NCBI GenBank assembly: GCA_012295275.1
Contig: CM022677.1
Location: 6,324,001-6,388,000, forward strand
Direction of reading: 5' to 3'
Length of the DNA: 64,000 nucleotides
Origin: Chrysomallon squamiferum
Taxonomy: Eukaryota > Animalia > Mollusca
Shown: piece by piece, positions 47,068 to 60,750 of the stretch
Position numbering within the stretch: the first letter of the stretch is position 1
Layout: every line of letters starts with the position of its first letter
Program-made: the position numbers and the translations under genes
The notes under the pieces: generated by a model
Database searches by the model: none
The model's input: only the letters and a program-made list of their open reading frames with translations
Told to the model about the DNA's origin: nothing

Positions 47068-48787
47068 GCACTGTTTATTATAAACTTAGCTCGCTTTGCT
47101 GGTACAGGGAAATATGTTCACGAATGAAGAGCTACCAAACGTGCGCACATACACATGTACACACACACACACACACATTCACACACACATACACACAGAG
47201 GGATTTGTGGCTTATCTTTAAAAAAAAAAAAAAAACGCGAGGTCACCAGCTAACAGTCGACATCCGAATAAACCATAAATTACTATGGAGAAACAACAGC
47301 AACGATTCTAACAACAACTACAACATAAACTAGTTCTGGATAAATCGCTAGATCTAATTTCACAAATAAAATATTTAAAACGGAGGACAAACGAAGAAAC
47401 AAAGGCATATAAATATTAATTAATATTTTTTAGATACTTCAGTGCCTGTTTGACCATCTGCTTCAAAGCATGCACGCACAAAAACACGCGCGCTCACAGA
47501 CACACAGACACACACACACGCACACACACAGAAATATGTATGCACCAGAGCTGTAACGATTACCACGATACAGAATCGTATTGTGATACAAAGGCCCCGA
47601 TACGATAAATCGATTCGGGAAGGATGTTTCCCGATACAATATGACATTTTAATAATTTTTGGTATGAAGTTGATGAAGATATTTACATACAATGAAAACG
47701 TAACATCCACGTTTCGCCGCTGTAATTCCCGAACATTCAGGTTACTATTAACAGTCCTCGAGGTTGCTGTCGTCACGTAACCTGAACACATCATCACATG
47801 ACATGGAGGACAAGAGCACATTTATTTATTTTTTAAATATTTTTCATGAAATTTACTTTTCAGAAAGATTAATATGTTCCATTATACACGAAATCGGTTG
47901 ATTTATTATCTCAGAATAACCTAATATATATTTTATAACAGTCCCGTAGGACTCTTTTTTATTTCTACAGTTTAAAATGCGGCGGCTCTCTCAGTTTTGC
48001 CTTCAGTGAATTAAATATTTATTTATTTATTTATTTATTTATGATTAATTGTTGTTGCTGTTGTTGTTGTTGTTATTATTACTATTATTATTTTATTTTA
48101 TTTATTTATTTTTCTTTCTATATTTATTTTTCTTTATTTTATTATTCTTTTTTCTTTTTTGTACATTTTATTTAACATATGTTACGTTTGAACGTTAGAT
48201 GCATTTTTAAAAGTTATTACAGTAGTATTACTGAATTTTAACGTGGATAAAACGTCATAGGCTGCCACTTTTAAAAAAGAAAAGAAAAAACTGAGATGTG
48301 CCTAACAAGTCTCAATAGCAAAGCATAACTTTCTTCACACATGTATCTTGTTTTTTCAGTGTAAAGTATTTTAAATATTTAGTGGTAAAACGTTAAAAAG
48401 ATGTTTAATCTGAAACTATATATGTATACAAATATGTGTGTATGTATGTATGTATGTATGTACGTATGTATGTATGTATGTATTATGTATGTATATATGC
48501 ATATGTGTGTATGTGTGTATGTGTATGTTTGTTAATTGAAAGAAGTACAAGATCTTGTAACAGAAACAAATCAGACGTCATATTGGATGTTAATGATTCG
48601 CTGTGTTTGATTGTACCGAGCATTCAGTTATGTGTGTTCTATTTTTATTTATTTACTTATTTGTGTGTGTGTGTGCGCGCGCCCATGTATTTGCATATTG
48701 CTTCGTTTAGTTTTCATTTTACGTTTAAAATTAAAATAATTTAACAATATAAAAAAAACACGGGTATTTTGTTTTTATTCTACTTTA

Positions 48788-48825
<38 letters not shown>

Positions 48826-49908
48826 CTTATTTTTCTTAGTAGTATTTTAAGTACAAAATAAGAACGTTTAAGGGGTTTTAAAAAATATTCGGTGCGTGTT
48901 TTCTCTCCTTAACTTTCAAATCTGGCTACGCCTCTGATGGGTGCTGAGGATATAAAATAGACTTAATTTTACAATCTTCATGTTCATAACTTGACAAACC
49001 GTATATACGTTTTACTAAGGCAAATACTGATTACACTATTTCTAAGATACATAATTATATGCCAGTCCTGAAATAGAATTAGTTCGTGAAAACAACGAAT
49101 GATGCTGCCCTATTGAAATAAAAATGCAAGAACAAATTCACGTAATTTTTATTATTATTATTATTTTTTTATACGCCTTTACTGAACATTAACTTAAACA
49201 AATACAATGAAACAAATAAAAGACCGGAAGCACACTTTCAATCGTTTGGGTTGTCAGATATTGTGCAAAATAAACTGACGTCGAAATATTAAAATTCTCT
49301 GGTTGTCGTTCCTGACTAATAACAAGATAAGAAGATGTCTGAACAAGTTTGTAACATGAAAAATAATAAGAGAAACCAAAAATAATTGTCTTTGGAAAGT
49401 GAAATGTAGACGCCAACTTGAGCATGGTATAATATCTAAGTTTATATATTTTATCCACGTTAACTGAATTCTTAGCAGAGATATTGGACATTACCGATAT
49501 CGAAACAATTTATTATGTCTAGTATAAATATAAAGATTTAAACTCAGTAAAAACTTAGATTGTTTACAATATTATCATATATGGATATAGAAAATAATAT
49601 AACATATCGATTCGGTCTATGTTATGAAAGGTGGTAATAAATTTATTTGGAAGAAAAATAAAATATATAAATTCAACAACTTATGTTTAATATTACAATT
49701 ATTTTATATTTGACTATTGACCCTCAAAAGTGTTTACACTGTTGTTGTTTCTTCAATTGACTGTCATTAGCCGTTTAATATAGTTGTTGTTGTTGTTGTT
49801 GTGGTTGTTGTCAAACATAAAGAAGAACGCAGATTACCTTATCTATATTTCAGTAACAGTTTTTAAAATAATTTTTAATTATTATTATTATAATTCATTC
49901 ATTGTCAG

Positions 49909-49942
<34 letters not shown>

Positions 49943-50304
49943 TAAATTTGGTATATTGATAATAATAATAATAATAATCAAAATCATCATCATTTAATTT
50001 TTGATTTTAAATTTTTTTCATTTGGTTTCTATAATTTGTCTTATTTCTTCATTTTGTTGCTATTTCAGTAATATTTTATTTTATGACATTTTATTATTTT
50101 TCTTTTTTCTATAACTTATTCATTTAATTTATTTGCATTATGTATTTTAAATACATATATATATATACCTGAGTGTGTGTATGTATGTATGTGTGTGTAT
50201 GTATGTGTGGATATATACATATACTATCTTAATTCTTCAGAGCGAGCTGTTGTGAAGCACGTCTATGATGGGCACGCTTTCTGAGAAGTCAGTGGGTGTG
50301 TCTG

Positions 50305-52481
50305 TCACACAAAAGAGTTTTGGGTAAGGAAAGAGAGTGGGTTCTCGTTACGATTGCAGGACACAAGAGAGTGTCCAGCATATCGGATCGTAACGAGTCG
50401 GTTCCGATGTTTCGTAGACGTTATCTGCTCCTTGTTGTTTCCGCCACTTGTCTGGCTTGTTGAAGGTCTCCTATTCATCATAGGGTCCGTGTTGGTTGCG
50501 TCCTGTTTGTTTGTTCTCTTCTCGGCTGCTGTTGATGTTTCCTTGTTCTTTTTGACTGCTTCCCTCTGGTCCAACAATTCCAAACTTATTATTTTTTGTT
50601 TTGCTAATGATATTTTTATTGATTTAAAAGATGCTGTAAACACCTGTAACTAAAAAGAATAAGAACATGAATGTAGTTAACTTATTTACATTTTATTTTA
50701 TTTATTGATTTTTTTTTTATTGTAATTTAAAAGATGTTATAAATGGTGTATATGTATAATTATGATACCCAGATTAAACAAATTAGTTGGGTTTTGCCTT
50801 GATGCTCATGGAAAGGCTCACATATAACAAGAAAAACAACAAACTTAATGATAACTATTGAAAACAAAAAAAATTCATATATAAGAAAATGATATATATG
50901 GTATCATTTTCTTATAAAAATTATGTCAATTCTTTATGTGCCTGCATTTATGTGCCTGCACATATATATATATATATATATCAATATCAACAATATATAT
51001 ATATATATCAACAAAATAGAAAATAAACTCAGCAAATAAAGCATAAAATCAATTTATTTAGCAGACTTTAAAAAAACAAACCAAAACAGGTGTCTAGATT
51101 AATTTTTAATACCAGCTCCTGTTAAATAATGTAATTAATTATCCAATGTAATAATTTAAAACAGGTGAAAAAATAAGTAAACAAGTAACAGCTTTTTACA
51201 ATATTTTGTTACTTGTTTATTATGCACATGTAATTTGACCTTATCAGTATTATGTTTTTTATAGGCATTTTTAATTAATTAATTTTTATATTTGCTACAA
51301 TTTTGCTGTTGAATTTGGCTTTTTTACTTCATTGTTACTGATTCTTGGTAAAAATAAAAAAGATATCAAATTGTTTTCAGGGTGTTTTTATTTTAAATTG
51401 TATTTGCTTTCTTTCTTTATTTCATGTTTTAACACTATAAACAGTCTTATCAAAAGAGAGTTATTTCCCTTATGTTATGAAAATTATTATCCATGGTCAG
51501 TTGCTCATAATATCATAATAATAATAATAATAAAAATAAATAAATAAATAAAATAAATAAATAAACCAGTGATAACAATAACCAAACTAATAATAATTAA
51601 AATAATAATAATAAAAATATTACTGGTAACTAAAACTAAGACAAATGAAAAATAAATAATGTTAATTGTTAATACTAAAACAGGTTTATTTCTGATTCAA
51701 ATAAACGTAATTTTATTTTATTTTATTTTATTTTTTATTTTTATTTTTTATCTACATGTTGGGGTTTTGATTAAAACAAAAAAGGACAAATTACAAAATA
51801 AAACTGGAAGTAAACTTCGTGAAGCTATTAAATGTACAAATTTGGTTCCAAGAATTTATTAAATTGTAATTCAATTCTCAATATATAAATAATATTTACT
51901 GGAAAAGTAAAATGTATTCTTAAATATTAATCAAAAGGAAACATAGAACTATATATATATAGAAGCAAATACAAATTTCCAGTCACCGAAATGTTAAGGA
52001 TTATCAGTGAATGAAAGCTATTACATTTTACTAGTTAAAATACATTTTAAATGGAATAACAAGTGTTGCTATCAAATGTTTATTTCATGGAAGACTCAAA
52101 AATGATAACTATTGTGCATGTACATACATGTGTGCATTTGTATATATGTGTGTGTGAGTTGTGTTTGTGAATAAACAAGCACTCATTGACACACAAATAT
52201 ACAGACACATACAAAGAAAAACATTTATATAAATTTCTTTATTAGTATAAATATACTGTGTTGTAATATCAGTTATACAGAAAATTATATTAAACTGTAT
52301 TACTAATTTAATCTCATGCAAATCAAGCAATATTAATTTAAATTCAAAAGTAATAACATCAAATAAATAATATTAAAATGATAAACTACAATAATGACAA
52401 TAATAAATTAATAATAAATTAATAAATCAAGCAGTTTTATTAAAGATGCTATTAATATTACTGGAACTAAACTAAGACCTG

Positions 52482-52518
<37 letters not shown>

Positions 52519-52960
52519 ACAATTATTACAAAAAATACTTTTTAAAAGTCACCTAAATGATAATAAAATATTGTGAGACAATTTAAATTCGTTTTTATTT
52601 TATTTATTCTTCATTAAGTGATGCTGAAGATGCATAAAACATAAGAAATTTGGAAATGGAGGACGTACCAGTTTCAATGTTATATCATATTTCTGAACTA
52701 GAACTAACTCGCAATAGCTCAATGGAAATCTTTTTTTAAAACATTTTAATAAATTTATAAATTTCACACTAGTATACACGTGCAAAACATACTTACTGTT
52801 ACAAAGCGAGTTTTCAGATTGATAAAGAAATCATCGAATATGAAAACATTCAGCATGATAATTATAGCTTCACCCGTCTTCTCGGTTTCGGTCTATCAAA
52901 CATTAGTTCTATTTCTGTCGCTGGAGAGCAGCGTCTTCGTAGCTTTAGGAAATGGTGAGG
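50305..52960 (-). pseudogene. Degraded spliced gene, possibly THAP-domain (transposon-associated)
   Basis: Segment ~52960-52797 (donor CA|GTAAGT) gives, across frames, FPK..ALQRQK*..REDG*SYNYHAECFH..DDF, resembling the THAP FP..W..W..C..HF consensus. The 3' exon 50643-50305 (acceptor TTACAG) encodes a low-complexity S/T/N/K tail. Confidence 0.3.
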
Positions 52961-53197
52961 TTAATATGCTATTATCTGTCTAATTATACTGATAATTAAT
53001 CCTCTCATTATTAATATATTCTGCTGTATAGCAAATAATTATATTGTCAATATCTCACTAATTAAAACTGCATAACCCCGTTCAAATAAAGTAAATAAAG
53101 AAAACAGTCTCATTATCATTCGTATAAACTTTACCACGTATTATAAAAAATATAATATAATAATGATAATACCTTATTATTATTATTATTATTATTG

Positions 53198-53228
<31 letters not shown>

Positions 53229-53629
53229 CGCCGTCATTACCATAGGTGTACTTCTTATTTGTTTGCTTTTTATTAACTATTATTCGTACTTTTTTAGTGT
53301 TCAGAGGCATTATTACAATTTCTATTAATATCACCATCATAACGGCTTTGTTCCTAGCTTTTTTTGGAGTAATTATAATTTTTCTTTAGCGCTTTTTATT
53401 AATTATTCCTCATACTTTCTGAGTCGGCGCATCACCTATTAAAATATATTATTGTAAGTTCTATTGATGTCGCCGTCGTTGACGTCGTAACGGCTTGTTA
53501 CTAACGTTATTACAGAACTCCTCATTATTCCTTTTCTTTTTTTATTCACTGTCATTCTATATGAAAAAATATATTATTATTGTTTATTAATGTCGTCGTC
53601 ACTACCGTCGTAACAGTAACGTTTGCTTA

Positions 53630-54402
53630 AGAATTAAGGTTGCGGAATTGGGCAGGATTAGGTTCAGAAGTTGGGCTAGGGTTCGGGTTTGGGTTGTTTA
53701 AAGTTTATTACGATTATTATAATAGAGTTAGTACTAGTGTTCCCTTTAGAATTAAGTTTAACGACTTCGTTAGGGTTATATTTAGATCCCGGAAGCACGG
53801 GCTGTCAGACAGCTTGTGAAGGTACCAGAACCAAGTTAAAACGTTTAGAGAAAGCACTATGGTGGATGGACGTAGGGCTAGAAGTTGGGCTAGGATTAGG
53901 GTTAGGGCTAGGGTTAGAGTTATGGTTAGTGTTAGGGTGAGGATTATTTAAAGTATATTATGTGTCTTATGATAATCTGCAAACTGTTTTATGATCAGCG
54001 TTAGTACTAGTGTTAGAATTAGAATTAAGTTTAACGAGTTCGTTAGGTCTAGGTTTAGAGTTAGCGCTAGAGTCTTAGGTAGGGTTAGGGTTATGGTTAA
54101 TATTAGTTTTAGGATTAGGATGAGGCTTAGAGATGGTGTTAGCATCAGAATTAAGTTCAGCCCCTTTGTTTGCGTTACGTTTAGGATTAGTGTTAGGGTT
54201 AGGGCTTAGGGTTAGGGTTTGAGTTAGGGGTTGGGTTAGGGGTAGGGTTAGGGTCAGGAATATTTAACTTTTGTTATCAGTGATACGATAATGTGCAAAA
54301 TAATTATAGAGTCACCATTAGGAGGAGCGTTAACGTACGAATCCAACTTGGGAAGGATTAGGTTTAGAAGTTGTGCTAGGGTTAGGCTTAGGGGTAGGGT
54401 TA
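53630..54402 (+). repeat. Degenerate TTAGGG-like interstitial repeat with internal duplications
   Basis: GGGTTAGGGTTAGG-type runs at 53890-53940 and 54180-54255. AGGATTAGGTT(C/T)AGAAGTTG(G/T)GCTAGGGTT is duplicated at 53654 and 54354. Confidence 0.8.
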
Positions 54403-54559
54403 CGCTTGATGACCAGCTTCATCGTGTAATCGATTTTTCACGTAATGCCTGAGGCAAAATTAATTGGTATAGCGTATTGCGCTCGTGTTGGATGACACGA
54501 TACCAAATGTTACACAATTGGTTTATTTTCTCCCATTGCCTCATCAAGAGATCAAGTTT

Positions 54560-55320
54560 GAGCTTCGACTGTCAAAAGAAATAACCACTACTCGACCATC
54601 TTGCTCTTGAGATAGAACAGCTCCCAAACTCTGAAAACCTGCATCAGTCTCATCAATGAAAGGTTTCTGGAAGTCAGAGTAGCCTAAGCTTGGAATTGTA
54701 GTCAGCTAAACTGTTGATGCATTGAAAGCATCGTCACAAGACTGATCCCAGCATTCCTGAAAAGCTTTTCGAGTTTCAGGAACCTTTCTGACAAGTTTTC
54801 CTTTCTTTTTCTTGCCACCACCTATCAGTGAATGCAGGGGGTGCAGCTATGTTGGTAAAACTCTTTTGAACCTTCGATAGTAGCTGGTAAATCCAAGAAA
54901 TGACCTCAGTTGTCTTGTTGGTATTTTCCACTGTTTGACACCTGAAACCTTATCAGAAATACCCGTCTCTGAAACAACATGACCAAGATACCTAACCTCC
55001 TTTTTAAGCAAATGACACGTGTAGCCTACCAAATACCATTTCTAGCCTTTGGTCCATTTCGTCGAAGGTGCGTCCAGACACAAGAATGACTTCTAGGTAT
55101 ACTATCAGAGACTGAAGACTGTCTTCTCCCAGGCAAACCTGCATTAGCCATTAGACTACTCTGATTAAATAAACCCATGGATATCCTGGTATATTTAAAA
55201 AAAAGAAAAAAAGACGAACCAGCGCGAAATGCAGTCTTGGGAATGTCTTCCTCTTCCTCTTCACTGAAGAAATCCATGTGCTAGATCGATGGAAGAGAAA
55301 TACTTGGCGCCTTTCAATGT
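54560..55320 (-). mobile_element. Gypsy/Ty3 pol remnant (RT and RNase H)
   Basis: KYFSSIDLAHGF..DIPKTAF..YLEVILV (decayed YLDD)..EVRYLGHVVS..LRSFLGFTSYYRRF..ETDA..LGAVLSQEQDG. Confidence 0.88.
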
Positions 55321-56134
55321 CTCAAGTGCTTCATCTCACGCTGATCTTTGATATCGCGAATCCAGTCCTCCACGTTAAAGTCCGATCCCGGCTTATCTTG
55401 AAACTGCCCGATATGGCGCTCGCTCCTGTGTCACCAAACATTATTTGTGGCAGAATATGAGCAGAGGATTAAAGTTATAATCTTTTAGACTCGTTATGTC
55501 TCGTACTTCTAATCGAATCTGAACGAATCTGATTCTCTTTGGCCTACTCCCTAAACTGGGAATCGGGGTTTTGAAAATCTCGTCTAAGCTGTTCATAGCT
55601 GTCTAATCCTTCTTCCGTTTGCGACATCTTCCTTTGAAAACCATCTCAAAACTACAGCAACACTTTACTTAAAAATCGACTTAAAGATTTATGAAAAGCG
55701 TAAAATTTGATCTTACTAGACTTCAGTGACTATAAAAGAGAAGATAATTTGACATATCGTTTAACTGTCTGATGTGAACATGCTTTTAGTTATTTATTTC
55801 TCCAAAAGCTCCATATTAACTTATAAACTATTATTCACTGGAATATAAAATAATATTTTACACAATCCCAACTACAGGTAGACTGAAGAAATTTTTACTA
55901 ATGGTTATAACATACATATACTGAACTTTACTGAATACTGAAAATAAATGTAAATGTTCTTGGATCAATTTGGATCAATTTAGTAACCCTCTTCAGTTGG
56001 GAATCTCGTGTCGTCAACCATGTAGTCTCGCATAATCGTCAACATCAAATTTTGTCTATGCCTGGTCACGTGAGCCCATTGGCCGTCTTTCACTTAATTT
56101 CTAAATGTCCGGGTTCAGTCCTAATTGCCTTAAA

Positions 56135-56165
56135 ATCCCACTTCTGACGCGAGAGTGTAACTGGG
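56135..56165 (-). mobile_element. Decayed Gypsy primer-binding site / LTR junction
   Basis: Minus strand ..GTTACA CTCTCGC GTCAGAAGTGGGAT resembles the common TGGTGTCAGAAGTGGGAT tRNA-Leu PBS that follows an LTR ending in CA. Confidence 0.5.
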
Positions 56166-56379
56166 CGGTGAGGGGAAGCAAACGGATCTCTTAGCTAGCT
56201 GTACGTATAATATATATTCGTAATATATATGACTGTCTAAACAAAGGGCTTTAATATTAGGTAATTTCTGCTACAGCAGTGTTAACATTTACAATATGGT
56301 AACTGTGGCATCTCCAAGGAGGAGAAACAGATTCATAAAACAAATCATAATAAAAATTCTAGAGTTGGAGAACAAAAAA

Positions 56380-57296
56380 CATGAAGCCAGTACGAAAAAA
56401 ACAAAAAGAACAGAAAACAAACAACACCAGTGTCGCCACCTTCTCTAGCAAGTGTTTCAGGTCCTGCAATGTCCAAGACCTAAGTGCAGTCTTTGCCTTA
56501 AATTCCAGGCTGCAATTGCCATATGTGGTAATGTCACATGACCGACCATACAGTTGCCACTGCTAACGAAAGCTCCCAATAGGAGGCAGTCATCTTAATC
56601 TATCTTGTAGCACTTACTTTAAACCGATGAAGTTGTCCTCAAGTATTAATAATACAGAGTTATGGTCATCAGCTTCTGATAGTGCTTCAAAAGCTGCCGC
56701 CTTTTCATGCACTGGAACGAATGCAATTCCAGCTGACGGATCAGTAAAGCAAAATCTTCATCAGTATTGTAACGAACTGCTAGACTAATGAGTTGAACTT
56801 GGCGCCAGATGAAAGAAGAATCCAGACACAGTTCAGTTCAGCTTTACAAGCGTGTTGTCTTCTTCCTTCACACTCGTAAGAAGTCACTGCACCACTGAGT
56901 TCCTTCTGTCGGACATACACATAGTTTTCGAACGCAAGTTTTGGATGACCATACTCTGACGCTATGACCTTATATACTGTCTCATTCGTCTTAATTATTG
57001 ATCAGTTGCCACATCAAAGGAATCTTTAGCATTTAATTAACCTGAATTAGTAATTAGCTGACTGTCGTTAGCTTTGGTGTTAGATAATTTTTGATAATAT
57101 GTTTCACCAGACGTTTTAGCAGATCAAAGTAATCCAAATGCCTCTGATCAAGTTCAATTAGTAATTAGCTGACTCTAGGTAGCTTTGACGAATTTATTGC
57201 AATTTTGCTTAAAAATAACTTTGAAAGGTATATTTGAAGAAAAATGGGGGCAATTGTGCTTAGGGGCAGTGTCCAGGGGGCAATTGACCTGATACC
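56380..57296 (-). mobile_element. Internally deleted Mutator-like (FLYWCH-MULE) transposon
   Basis: End sequence GGTATCAGGTCAATTGCCCCC with repeated AATTGCCCCC subterminal motifs. GHPKLAFENYVYVRQKELSGAVTSYECEGRRQHACKA (FLYWCH-like) is fused to GFFFHL (GCxFH) and AFVPVHE..AFEAL..LEDNFIG (MULE C-terminus). Confidence 0.75.
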
Positions 57297-57819
57297 ATAA
57301 AAAAAGCTGTTCATGAATGTAAATGAACTTGCTTTAGCAATTCTGATAATGATCAATGACTTGACTATGGTAATTAGTGTTATTAAACAGTTTTATAAAC
57401 ACAAGAATCTTTGTTTTGGGGAAACATTCAAATTTTAATAATTGTTTTCATTTGTTTAGATATTCTGAATGCATATCCCAAAACATCCATGTTTGAAGCT
57501 TGTTGCCAATGGTGAACAAATCATGAATGTGCTAGGAGACTTGTTACCATTGAGAAAGTAAAACATTACTCAGTAAGGAAACATTATTATTATCATTTCT
57601 ATTTTTTTGTTACGTTCACTTTAGCTGATGCCAAACGCAATCTCTTTTTTCTAAAATCTTATATCTAGTACAAATTAATGCCAAATGTAAGCTTAATCTA
57701 AGAAAGCTGAATGCAAAAATAAACTTGTTTTATTTCAGAATAGAAATTGTTTCACACATAAGATTGTGAACTGGAAATCTGAAACTTAATATAATTATAA
57801 ACATAAGCGCTAACAGGTT

Positions 57820-59673
57820 TTACATGTGAATTGTCGTGTTATTTAAAACTGACTGATTACCTGACAACAATACTGAGTAGCGCGTGCGCAATACTTCCAG
57901 ATGGATATCCGGACTGAGAGTCAGATGTTTGGATTCGCATCTTCTGAAAAGTGTAAACGTTTTTCCATGTACACCATTCAGGCTCTCCATGACGCCGAAC
58001 ACGCTGGAGCTGTCCACCATGATGCTGTCGCTGTCTGTGTTGCCCTCGTCGACGTACATTGATCGGAATGTGGCAAATGGAAATCCCTTACTGGACTGTT
58101 TAAATATGAGATCAGAAACAACGAGTTCCGTTCTGTCCACTTTCGAAATCAACGTCAGCTTTGCTTTTTCTCCATTTCTGTAAAGAATCTTCAGCTCTCG
58201 TTTATCGACGTCGATATCCACTTGATCAATGGGAGCAGCAGGTCTGATCAGGTCAACATCAGATGTTCCAACCACAACTGATGTTCCAAACGGAATCCAG
58301 TCTAATCCTGCAGGAGGGAGGGGCAGCAGGCGTACGTTTCCATCTTGATAGATAACAAGTGTCTCACTGTAACCCTCTGACCAAGGAACTGGAAGAATTA
58401 TTTTAAAATAGTCTACTTTTCTATAAAGTTTGTCAGTATTTTTTACATATACTTTCATGGTTTCCGGATTTCTCCACCAAAAGTCTATATCAACACCTAT
58501 AACAGTGAACTCGTTACTGGTGTATATAGGAAAATATTTTTCAGGTTTCATAGGTTTTCTTTCCAATTTTATTTCTTCGATACAAATGGAAAATACATCC
58601 TGTGCGGATAATGAAATTTTGATCAGATTTACGTTGTGTTCGATCCAAGAAAGGTTTGGGCTTTGCCAATCGACGTCAGTTTTCCCGGGTTGTAAACCAG
58701 TTTCTTTGAGCGCAATTAAATTTTTGTTTCTGTCTCTGTATGAAACCTGTATTTTTACAAAAGAGGTCACTGGTTTGATTTTTAGACTGAAGACTGACCC
58801 AATATCAGCATCTATGTAACCTTGTGATCTTCCTTTTAACATGAATGTAATTTCAATTACGGCTATTTTCGATGTACTAGGTCCTGGATACACTTTCATA
58901 GTTGCCGAATTTGAAAATAAATGATTATTTGTTTTATTCAAACAGAGGTGGGTAAAACTCCAGTAGAGAGGAGACAAAGCAACACAGTCAGTATTATTTG
59001 GTTCTCTTCTGTTTACAAAAGCTTTTTACACTATTAGTTTGTACTGTTTCACGCTGTCGAGGTATACTCCTATTTTGACGTTGTCCTCTTCCGCACATTT
59101 AGATGGGTAACTTTTCTGTCTAAGTTTAGCTTTTTTGTCAACATTAATTCGAGACGAAGAGTTCAGATGGGGCAGATCATTCGTACAGTGAAGTTTACAC
59201 TGCAGCATGTCCTGCTCGAGACTGCTGTCATCAATATCTAGACTGACTGTGTTCAGTTCCACTCCATCAGATCCGTGAACCTGGAGCTTTAAAATATACC
59301 AACCTCTTTCCAGAATTACTGATCCTTTCATCTCGGTACTGGAATAAAAAACATTCCAGTTATTTCCAGCTGTTTCTGGTGATATGGTGACAATGGATCC
59401 CATTTTCTTCTGGTTTAAAACTGCTGTGATGACTTCAGGGTCGTTGCCATTGGAGTATCGTAAACTGGAGATTTTTACCGAGCTTGTTTTCTTCAGACAG
59501 AAGTAAAAATTAATGATTTCGTAGCCTGTTAAAAACACTACCTTCTTTGACAAAGCGTTTGATCGAAAATGTATTAGGTGTTTATCTCGAACCTCGGAGG
59601 CTGGTAATGGGTGAATGTTGCCCAGACATAATCTGCAGAACGCTAAAAGTAGAACGGTCTTCACAACATACAT
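57820..59673 (-). CDS. Intronless secreted protein of unknown function (~617 codons), interrupted by one in-frame TAA at 59026-59028
   Basis: ORFs 59026..59673 and 57820..58977 share a frame, linked by 16 open codons (KAFVNRREPNNTDCVA). N-terminal signal peptide MYVVKTVLLLAFCRLCLG. The LRYSNG..GWYILKL..GVEL segment suggests a beta-sandwich/CBM-like fold (inferred). Confidence 0.8.
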
Positions 59674-59754
59674 TTTTCCAAAGTCTCAAAACTGGTTACG
59701 TATGATTCTTAGATAAGAAGACACAACAGGGCCCGGCTGCTGTAGCTCAGCTGG

Positions 59755-59774
59755 TTTATACACGTGTGACGTCA
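59755..59774 (-). promoter_or_regulatory. Core promoter: abutting CRE, E-box and TATA box
   Basis: Minus strand TGACGTCA-CACGTG-TATAAA with no spacers, ~80 bp upstream of the ATG at 59673. Confidence 0.65.
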
Positions 59775-59953
59775 CTGTACTAATCGGTCTCCAGTCAGCG
59801 TTATGACTCTGTCGTTCAAAGAACTACTCTGAAAAATCGTAATTTAATGTCAGCTGTTAACCTTGGTTATATTTAGTTTTATAAACTAAATTTTATAATT
59901 AAATCCTTTAGCATAATAATATATACATACATACTTAATATTACAGACACCAA

Positions 59954-59985
<32 letters not shown>

Positions 59986-60315
59986 ACACACATACACATA
60001 CACGCACACTCACATATATACTGGACAGGCTACAAACATAAACAGTCTCCCAGACAGATTATATACATAAATATACATACACGGGCACATGAACAAAAAC
60101 ATACACATACCCCACTTTCATTCATATAGTCATAAAATACACAATCCCATATGTGCTATTATTGTAATATGGAAACTTAAAAACATATACGCAGTCATGT
60201 TTTAAACTTGTCACGTACTCATTCATAGACAAGACATATACACACCAGCAATAACCAGAGTCTTCACATGATACATGGCCACAGCAATTGCGTAACTTCA
60301 ACGAAGCAATACCAA

Positions 60316-60515
60316 NNNNNNNNNNNNNNNNNNNNNNNNNNNNNNNNNNNNNNNNNNNNNNNNNNNNNNNNNNNNNNNNNNNNNNNNNNNNNNNNNNNNN
60401 NNNNNNNNNNNNNNNNNNNNNNNNNNNNNNNNNNNNNNNNNNNNNNNNNNNNNNNNNNNNNNNNNNNNNNNNNNNNNNNNNNNNNNNNNNNNNNNNNNNN
60501 NNNNNNNNNNNNNNN
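60316..60515. other. Assembly gap (200 N)
   Basis: Run of N; the round length suggests a placeholder of unknown true size. Confidence 0.99.
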
Positions 60516-60750
60516 TACTTCGTTCAGTTACGTATTGCTTTAAAATGTGAGATAATTATGTGAGATTATTCAATTAGAAAATAATTAGATTACTAACAAA
60601 AACTGTATTGTTATCAACGTTCGTGTCGGTTTGTATGTTTCGTTACTCACTATGTTCGTACCTGTGTCTCTGTGTGTGTCTGTGTTGTGTTTGTGTCTGT
60701 GTGTGTGTGTCTGTGTGTGTGTGCGTTTGTGCGTGTGTGTGTTAACATAC

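Noticed and set aside
47546-47640. hAT-like terminus with CGATAC subterminal repeats
   Set aside because: No matching opposite end or TSD found; not supportable as an element.
53630-54402. True telomere
   Set aside because: Highly degenerate, internal and flanked by ordinary sequence on both sides.
57884-58819. Plus-strand ORFs of 99 and 129 aa
   Set aside because: Antisense shadows of the minus-strand secreted-protein gene.
59026-59028. Selenocysteine recoding of the internal stop
   Set aside because: The stop is TAA, not TGA.
59736-59825. tRNA or SINE (A-box-like TAGCTCAGCTGG, then GTTCAAA)
   Set aside because: No cloverleaf pairing and a poor B-box; better explained as the minus-strand Pol II promoter.
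60268-60563. ORFs spanning X residues
   Set aside because: Artefacts of the N gap.
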